Source of the DNA: Mizuhopecten yessoensis
Lineage: Eukaryota
Direction of reading: 5' to 3'
Assembly (NCBI RefSeq): GCF_002113885.1
Contig: NW_018404536.1
Span: 142,705-206,704, forward strand
Length of the DNA: 64,000 nt
In this document: positions 56,312 to 64,000 of the stretch, piece by piece
How positions within the stretch are numbered: position 1 is the stretch's first letter
How the letters are laid out: each line of letters begins with the position of its first letter
Translations under genes and position numbers: made by a program
The notes under the pieces: generated by a model
What the model saw: only the letters and a program-made list of their open reading frames with translations
The model's database searches: none
What the model was told of the DNA's origin: nothing

Positions 56312-56764
56312 CTTGTTTATTTTCGGCTTGTCACACGTCCTGGTCAATCTAAAGCTTCAACTTTCGAACCAGGAATAAGGCAAATAAAGCGTCTTTAAAA
56401 TCCCGATCGAATAACATTACAGTAGTTAGGCAAATAGGGATGAAGTTCGGCAAATCATGACTAGGCCTACTAGTACACTACTAACTTTCATGCAACGAAT
56501 CTGTAGCACTTGTAAATGTCACTTTTGTAATAGAAAATTAACATTGATATTTCACAAACAATCGTTAAAATTAGTTGACCAGAATTACAAAGGAATGTTT
56601 TTTTTAACATATGAAATCTCCAATATACTTAAAGCTAACATTACAATATGATAAATCAAAGCTTTGTATTTTTTCTTATTTTCGATCATTTTACCAGTCC
56701 GGAGAATTTCCCCGAGAATTGTTCATTCCACAGGTATATTTGGGCCTGAACTAACAAGTTCAGA

Positions 56765-56923
56765 GTAGTTTTACCTGTTTTAGGAGTTTAGATCGACTTT
56801 CGGTAAAAATGACACCCCAATGATTATATATATAAAAACGACACCCAACACCCCCAATGATAACCATTTGGGGTGTCATTTTTACCGAAGGTCGATCTAA
56901 ACCTCTAAAACATGTAAAATTAC
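56765..56923. mobile_element. Fold-back MITE upstream of SELENOK
   Basis: TTTAGATCGACTTTCGGTAAAAATGACACCCCAA versus TTGGGGTGTCATTTTTACCGAAGGTCGATCTAAA. Confidence 0.8.
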
Positions 56924-57463
56924 CACGAACGCATTATTTAGCTGTAACAAATTGCCAGGTCCCTGTGGTTCATTCCTCCATTTCAGACACAGTCGCAAAA
57001 CCTTTGAGGTCGTATAGATTCTAACCCAGTCTCGCGTCTTTGCATACCCCACTTCTGCTGATTAATGTAGTATATGTGGCTGGAGATGATATTTCAGCAT
57101 TTTTTTTATACATAAAACATATAATATCAGGTATATACTAGCCCGAGTTTTCAGACTTAAACATTTTGACAGATAGATGTCCACACCTGACATCTATATA
57201 TACCGTCACTATACTCAAATCGGGACAGTACCGAAAACGGGACACTTATGGGAGAACGGCCCAATAAACTGTCATTCAAAGCAAAGAAGTACATTATGTA
57301 TACAGTTTTCATTTCATGATACCTTTCTGATAACTTAACTGTATGTAAGCTTTAATGGCTGCTGATTGTCGATGCATGGACAATTTGAAGGTAAGAATAA
57401 TGACCAAAACAAAACTTTCCCGATTTACGTGCCGTGCGATTTACGTGTCATGTCTGAAGTCTG

Positions 57464-57730
57464 GGCCCGTATTCATAAAACCGTTCTCGTGCTCAAGCAT
57501 GGTTTCTGTGCTCAAACCAACTTTCTTTTAACTCGCTTAAATCATGTCAAATGATCAAAAAGTCAAAAATAAACATTGAAAACAGTTTTCGTCTTTAAGT
57601 CTCTTCAACGTTTTCCCAAACCATTGCCAAAATAAGATTTACTTATTAATGCATAGCCTTAACAAGAAATTCGGCTTGAGCACAAAATCCATGGTTCTTC
57701 AGCATGAGAACGGTTTCATGAATACGGGCC
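57464..57730. mobile_element. Harbinger-like MITE
   Basis: CTG|GGCCCGTATTCATAAAACCGTTCTC...GAGAACGGTTTCATGAATACGGGCC|CTG; 3-bp TSD and long TIRs. Confidence 0.85.
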
Positions 57731-57961
57731 CTGGTCACTGTGTAAGGGCCAGAGGAAACTCGGGCTACTGCCCATACATATACGGTATAATTTTAATTTT
57801 CAATTAATTACTGAAATTGTATGAAATATGCTGTATAATATACACATATTATGTGCATGTACTCGTGGTCATCGATAACATTCCGTGGTGTCACAATTCA
57901 GTTTACAGTCCTTTGCTATATATATATATATATATACAATAAAAACATTTTTTTCAGATCG

Positions 57962-58002
57962 TCCGCTAGGCCTTTCTGCCTTCTAGGGCTTCTTCAGGCG
58001 GA
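57962..58002 (-). ncRNA. Minimal type I hammerhead ribozyme motif (Penelope/retrozyme-like), imperfect
   Basis: UCCGC-CUGAAGA-AGCC(CUAGAA)GGCA-GAAA-GGCC-UA^GCGGA: 5-bp stem I, palindromic loopless stem III AGGCCU, CUA cleavage triplet, and an A-A mismatch at the base of stem II. Confidence 0.6.
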
Positions 58003-58064
58003 TACATATATATAATAAAAAGGGATTAAATGTCCATGCGAAGGAAGTAAATATAGAAAAAATA

Positions 58065-58133
58065 AGATTACCGACCGACTAAACCTGAAGAGCCCTGTGA
58101 AGGGTGAAAGCAGCTAGTTTTATAGTCGGTCGT

Positions 58134-58139
<6 letters not shown>
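58065..58139 (+). ncRNA. Minimal type I hammerhead ribozyme motif with extended stem I
   Basis: AGAUUACCGACCGACUAAAC-CUGAAGA-GCCCU(GUGA)AGGGU-GAAA-GC(A)GC-UA^GUUUUAUAGUCGGUCGUUAAUCU. All core nucleotides are present; predicted cut after 58116. Confidence 0.75.
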
Positions 58140-58177
<38 letters not shown>

Positions 58178-58304
58178 NNNNNNNNNNNNNNNNNNNNNNN
58201 NNNNNNNNNNNNNNNNNNNNNNNNNNNNNNNNNNNNNNNNNNNNNNNNNNNNNNNNNNNNNNNNNNNNNNNNNNNNNNNNNNNNNNNNNNNNNNNNNNNN
58301 NNNN

Positions 58305-58360
<56 letters not shown>
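58137..58360. repeat. (CT)n microsatellite spanning an assembly gap (N 58178-58304)
   Basis: Read directly from the sequence. Confidence 0.98.
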
Positions 58361-58374
<14 letters not shown>

Positions 58375-60397
58375 ATTATATGGGGCAAAGAAGTAATTCC
58401 AACAGTGTGGACAAGTTTAGGTTGTCAAGATCTCCATCCCATATACTATTTTAAGTAATTCGTATCCTACGGACATACCTCCATTAGGATCCAGTGTTAT
58501 ATGGGATTTTGGATTTTACCGTCTATATTACTTCTTTGACCCATATATAATATGGAATATCATGTTCTATAAATAACACATTTTTATCTATTAATAAATT
58601 TGAGAGAAAAAATGAAAATAAAGTGTAAGGGGGATGAGATTGGGATTGTTATTGGCAGCCAACCAATTAAATATGCACGATCGTAACCTCGTGCATGTGT
58701 AGATTTAATTGGTTTGTTTCTCCTCATCCCATATATAATCAGCTTCCCATGAAAAACACATCTTCGACAGCATAATTAATCGAGTCATTTATCAAATTTC
58801 ATTTATTTGTCTAAAAGATCTATTTTTGTATAAATTTTAAAAAAGGAGATAAGAAACTTACAAAACTTAAATATTATATCCATAAACAGCTTGCATTAAA
58901 GCTATCTTCCAGAAATAAGATTGCAGAGCATTGCAATTTTCTCTTTGTCAATATCTCCATCTTGACATTTACCTGCAATAAATCAAAAGTGAACACCTCA
59001 CTAGTAAACCCTATAATCTTAACGACTTTATTTTTAAGAAAAATTTACTTTCTCCTTCTCGGTAGTAACAGAACGGCCTCCCCGGTTTATGAAGTTTATA
59101 CAGATATACCAAAGTAATGCATTACCAAACAACCTGTTCGGTATCAGGACAGTTTAAACAAAGGCGTGTTGTGTGTGGCCAATAATGATATGGTTTCTGA
59201 CTATATATAGCATGTCTCAGTGTCTGCCATGTTCACTGTACTTTAGGTCTTTGGTGGGTTCGTTTCGCTTACAGAACGTATTTTTGTCTTTCCATGTTTT
59301 CCGAGGTTCCTCCAAAGCCGATGTGAGATGATAACTCTTTAACTACCAAACATGCAGCAAAGCTTTGTTTGCAAAATCTTAACACAAAGACATAGCTTTT
59401 AGCGTAAATGGCTCACCCAATAAAATTGGCCGCCGAATGTATTAAATTATTTGTTTTGTATTCTTCTTTTGATTATTTTCTGAAATGATTTCTCTTTCCT
59501 AATTTTGTTTTCTTTTGACTTTTATATTCCAAATGAAATACCTTTTTTGTAAAGGTGCTGCAAATTTATATTTTGAAAAAAGGTCTTTCTGTGCTTTTTT
59601 AAAAATGGCGGATCTAAAGGTTGTGGGGTTAACGTGCAAGGAGTCAGGGGTCCCTTTAGCCTTTGATCTTTTGACCAATGGGAATCCCCCATTCACTCTG
59701 AAGCAGGGTCTCACAGGGGAAAACCTAACTGTGGGGTCCCCAAAGGAATATTTTTAAGTGAAAAAACAAATTGTCCAAAAACATCGTATTTTATTATACT
59801 TTTTATTTTTACCCTCCCGGTGGCGCATGATTTCGTCATATGCATTCTTTGTCATATGGATGGGTGTTATACAGTATAAATATGTAATTTCGTCACGTGT
59901 TTGGCTTACGTCATAGAAAGCAATTTGAATAAACTTGTTAAAGATGTTAACATAGTTCTTAATATTTGATGGTTATTTTAGACTTTACATTGACAAACTG
60001 GAAAATAATATTTTGGCCGAAAGGAAAGTTCTACAACACAAACAATTTCTGGTGAACATATTCTTTTATTCCACATTTCTCTCAAATTATCAAATAAATT
60101 TACACAATGTAACAATAAGTAAATATTTTACCCAGCTGTAAGACACTTATAACGTCATAATGAATTATTATATTAGCATACCAGTCTCGAGGATCCATGT
60201 TACTGGAGCAGGCAACTTTGAGAGAGATTGAAACAGATCTAGTCATGCATCTCTTTGGAAATACAAATACATTGTATTTGAAATAGATTAATAAAAATGT
60301 CTCTTCGGCAAATTCACTGTGGCACAATATTATTCAACAACAATGAGAAGCACACGTTTAGGACGTGGACGGATGGCACTCCGCTCTTGAGGTATTC

Positions 60398-60970
60398 AAC
60401 AAGACAATTCCGGCACTGAAGAGGTGTTCTAAAGGATAATCCAAGCAGTATATAGTACTCGACCGAGTTCTATATAGGTTTTGATAAGAGAATCACAGCA
60501 CTTTATATATGTATGTGTTCTTCGGGACACTTCCAGCAGTGCAATGTATTTTACATGACAATTCAAGCACTAAGCAAATGTTCTACAATATACCTATTCT
60601 ACTGGACAATCATATATGTATATAGTACTCTTCATGACAATCCCAGCAGTATGTAGTATTCTACAAGATAATCCTAATTTTATATACATATAAAGGTTAT
60701 CGACAAGACAATCTCAGCAGCAGTATGCATTTATGATGACTTTATGTATCCCAGCGGGATATCGGTAATCTAATGGACGGTCCCATGATTATACAGACAT
60801 CTTTGTATTATACAGGACAATCCCATCAGACTGAGATTAAGTAATCTATAGGAGGATCACATCAATTAAATATTATACAAAACCCAACAGTATATACAGG
60901 GTTATATTGGGTTTCTACAGAAAACAGTTTCAGCAATGTATCATTTAATACTATAGGCTTTTACCAGGAG
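60398..60970. repeat. Decayed ~31-bp tandem repeat
   Basis: Recurrent GACAATCCCAGCAGTATATAGTATTCTAC-like units. Confidence 0.6.
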
Positions 60971-63900
60971 TAGATAATACACCCGAACAAGGGAACTGAT
61001 TGTTTTCGAACAACTGTGAGCGCTTTCATGGTTTGTAATTGATTGTGATCCATTGATTATCACAGAACAAACTTATCCAGGTTTACAATTTATCAAATAG
61101 CACGCTTTCGGCTATTGCAACACACTGATTTGGACACGTACAAGGATCGCTGACATCTGATTGATTGAGAGCGAATCAAATGTCACGGGTTTTTATTTTA
61201 GGAGCAGCATTGAAACCTATATTTATGTAAAGACGACTAATAGTTTATTCTAGAAGGCGCATTGACAAACGTTAGCAAGAGATTGTCAATAAAGAGGAAG
61301 AAAAACCAAATGGTCTGCAGAAGACATGTGTACAATCTCATGATCATCAGCAATGTTGGAAGTCAAAATATTTAGATTGAAAAAGTGTGAGATAAAGCCA
61401 AATACCTATATACAAATATGAAAACAATTAATAAATGAAACTGGGAAAGGTGCTTAGTCCTAGTTACACAATTAAGAAATTCAGAAACTGCATTACTAGT
61501 ACATGTACATGCTAAATGTGTGTAAATGTAATGATTTCTACAAATAATATCGTAACAAAAAATACAAAATAGCATTTTCTACTATAAAACACATATACCC
61601 TCAACGTTTAAATGCCATCGTAATTAAATAAAATCTTACTTAAGGCCATGTATGTACATCCACGGAAACCAAAAGATACATTGAAATTGTTCATCTTTGA
61701 TAAAACTATGCTCAGCTATAAGAGCCCTCCGTGGTAAAACCCTTCCCATCTCCTTTAGTTTATACATCTTTGATGATTAGGAAAAAAGCTTATACCCTAT
61801 TTTATCATTAATTTTAAATAAGAATTATGAGGCCATAGAGAAAAATTTGCTTCTGTTTACAGATAGAAAGAATATTCCAAGCTATCACCACGTCTTCAAA
61901 TATGACACAATTGCATTTTTATGAATATTCATGGCATACAAAAGTTCATATTAAGAAGAAAAATAATACTGAATTAAATGTTGTTTCCAAGTATATGATC
62001 GTTTCTTTTATATCATAAGGATCGATCCTGTATTTATAAACGAAAAATGGAGCATGGCTATTGGTTACAAAATCATTTGGTGATATTCAGTCTCAATTTT
62101 CAATTGAAATTATACATGCAATATTATATTTAAAAAGGTATAATTTCTTGTAATCAATATATGTATTCAATATGATACAACTTTACAACGTGCCAAGTCG
62201 ACACTATAAAAGTACAGTTTCGGGATTATAGTAATCTTATCGAACGGATTATCGTGAGTAAAGATGATTAGCAGGTGTAACCGTTGAATGTACACATGTA
62301 CGTGATTGGTCTCACTGTTACGTCTGTATAATACACGGTTTTACCAACGTCTGCTTTAAGTAGCTGTTTATTACATGGCAGCTATGGATTTGGCTTCCCC
62401 GTGATTCATCTACGATCTAGCATACATATACATTAAATAACAAGAATATCTTACCATTATTTCTGTGCTCCCAACAAAGTAACGGAATAGGGTCTCAGTT
62501 TTTATACGTGAAAATCTTACCACTATTTCTGTTTTCCAAACAAACTAACGGGGTAGGATCAAGGGTTAAAATGGCAAAACTGAATTTTATCATCACGAAT
62601 CTTAAAAAAGATTTGTGAAATTTACTAAACCGTATAAATATTTTACGTGTCATGTTCATAAGCATTTTCATACAAGTATATAAAAGAAAGTCGCAGTAGA
62701 CAAATCAACATTCAAGGAAATCACAATACGTATGGATAAGTTATATGTGAATTAGCACATAGATGACGGATTTTCATGTCAAATAAGTAAGATTGATGTT
62801 TTAATAATCTTCTCTGCTTTGGACTTAATAACAACATAACGTGAATATTTGATACATTATCTTTCCATTTGTTGTAAATTCATATATCTAATTATCAGAA
62901 CGTTTTTTGTGACTAAAAATCCTGCATGGTAATAATTTCATTTACAGTAAAATAGCTAAGAACTTCAGATATTTTCAAAGATGGGGCTATGAATAACCAT
63001 GTTTTTTTATCAGATATGAAAGTAATCATCTGTATCCGATATATACCATTTCATATTTTGACAACATATCGAAATGATGTACACAAAACACTCTGGTATA
63101 TCATAAAATGTCAGTCAGGTTGTGGATTGGTCAACGTACATCAGTATGTCATTTTTCACTTGCGACCAATAAGAAAGTCTAACATAAACCATAGTGCACG
63201 ATGATGAATAACGAAATCTAATGAAATCTTTCCATACTCCTCTTAAAGGAATAACATATGTTCTTCACGTGCATGCGTGAATTAACGGGAATTAAGTGTC
63301 GTCTGGTTGGCTTGCCCCCACGATTCCGCTGGCAACATCCTCTTAGGCGTATATACATTTTTAACCCCTTGGTGCATGTGCATGCGTTGTTCTGCTCCGT
63401 GCGGATTTACAGGGCCTACCTGTAATACACGTGCAAAAATACAAAATCAGTTTTTGTTATAAGTTTCATATACGCACACAACACGATTACTATAACAGAC
63501 GAAACCATAAGTGATAACTAAGTTCTGTACTTATCGTACAATTTCAAAAATATAATATCATGAATTGGCCCAGTGTCATTTAGTAAATATATCGTTTCGT
63601 CTGTCATAAAACATTCAAAAATGATAATAATCTCAAAAAAACAATTTACATAACTCAGAGACGATTCTAATGAAAGTTCAAAGCTACCATATCTAAAGGT
63701 GAAATAGCATTGATGAATTGAAACAGTACAAATGTATAGTGCATGGATGAAATAATAGACACAATAAAAAGTACATATCGGTGAAATTGAATAGAAATTA
63801 AATTGTGATAAAATTACTTTTCTAAACACGTGATACATATAAGACAAATTTCATAAAATATATAAAATAATACGGCTTTTATAGAACAACATTATATTTC

Positions 63901-64000
63901 ATTTACGTGTACATATATGTATAGAATAAATACCACACGCCGATATCGTGCAAATGAGAAAATAGACTCTCCGAGTGAAATTATCGTGCAACAAAACATG

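Noticed and set aside
58068-58388. RE-dipeptide ORF
   Set aside because: Translation of a (GA)n microsatellite across an N gap.
58400-64000. Protein-coding exons in the right-hand 5.6 kb
   Set aside because: Short ORFs have no recognisable motif or consistent splice pattern; small exons of a neighbouring gene cannot be excluded.

Overview
AT-rich, intron-rich animal genomic DNA, most likely a bivalve mollusc judging by the repeat families; there is one assembly gap at 58178-58304. I reconstructed five spliced genes by hand from GT-AG boundaries and reading frame: (1) a partial C2-domain/synaptotagmin-like gene with an N-terminal myristoylation-type motif (minus strand, runs off the left end); (2) SEC61A (plus, 13 coding exons, 476 aa); (3) an ABHD6-like lipase (minus, 8 coding exons, 344 aa); (4) RBM17/SPF45 (plus, 12 coding exons, 422 aa); (5) selenoprotein K (minus, 6 coding exons, 91 aa), whose exons are absent from the ORF track. 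SELENOK shows a full recoding cassette: an in-frame UGA, a stem-loop 9 nt after it, and a type II SECIS about 970 nt downstream, beyond a 23-bp minisatellite. The most unusual non-coding systems are a cluster of miniature LTR retrotransposons (TRIMs) whose LTRs carry tRNA-like Pol III A/B boxes (4-bp TSDs, PBS, PPT, a solo LTR and one element nested in another's A box) around the ABHD6/RBM17 divergent upstream region, and two back-to-back minimal hammerhead ribozyme motifs of Penelope/retrozyme type at about 58 kb. The rest is Helentron-type elements with internal satellites, a decayed Tc1, a 5'-truncated LINE with a 10-bp TSD, SINEs, and many MITEs and fold-backs. No gene was found in 58.4-64 kb. 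All calls come from reading the sequence; no database searches or folding programs were run.
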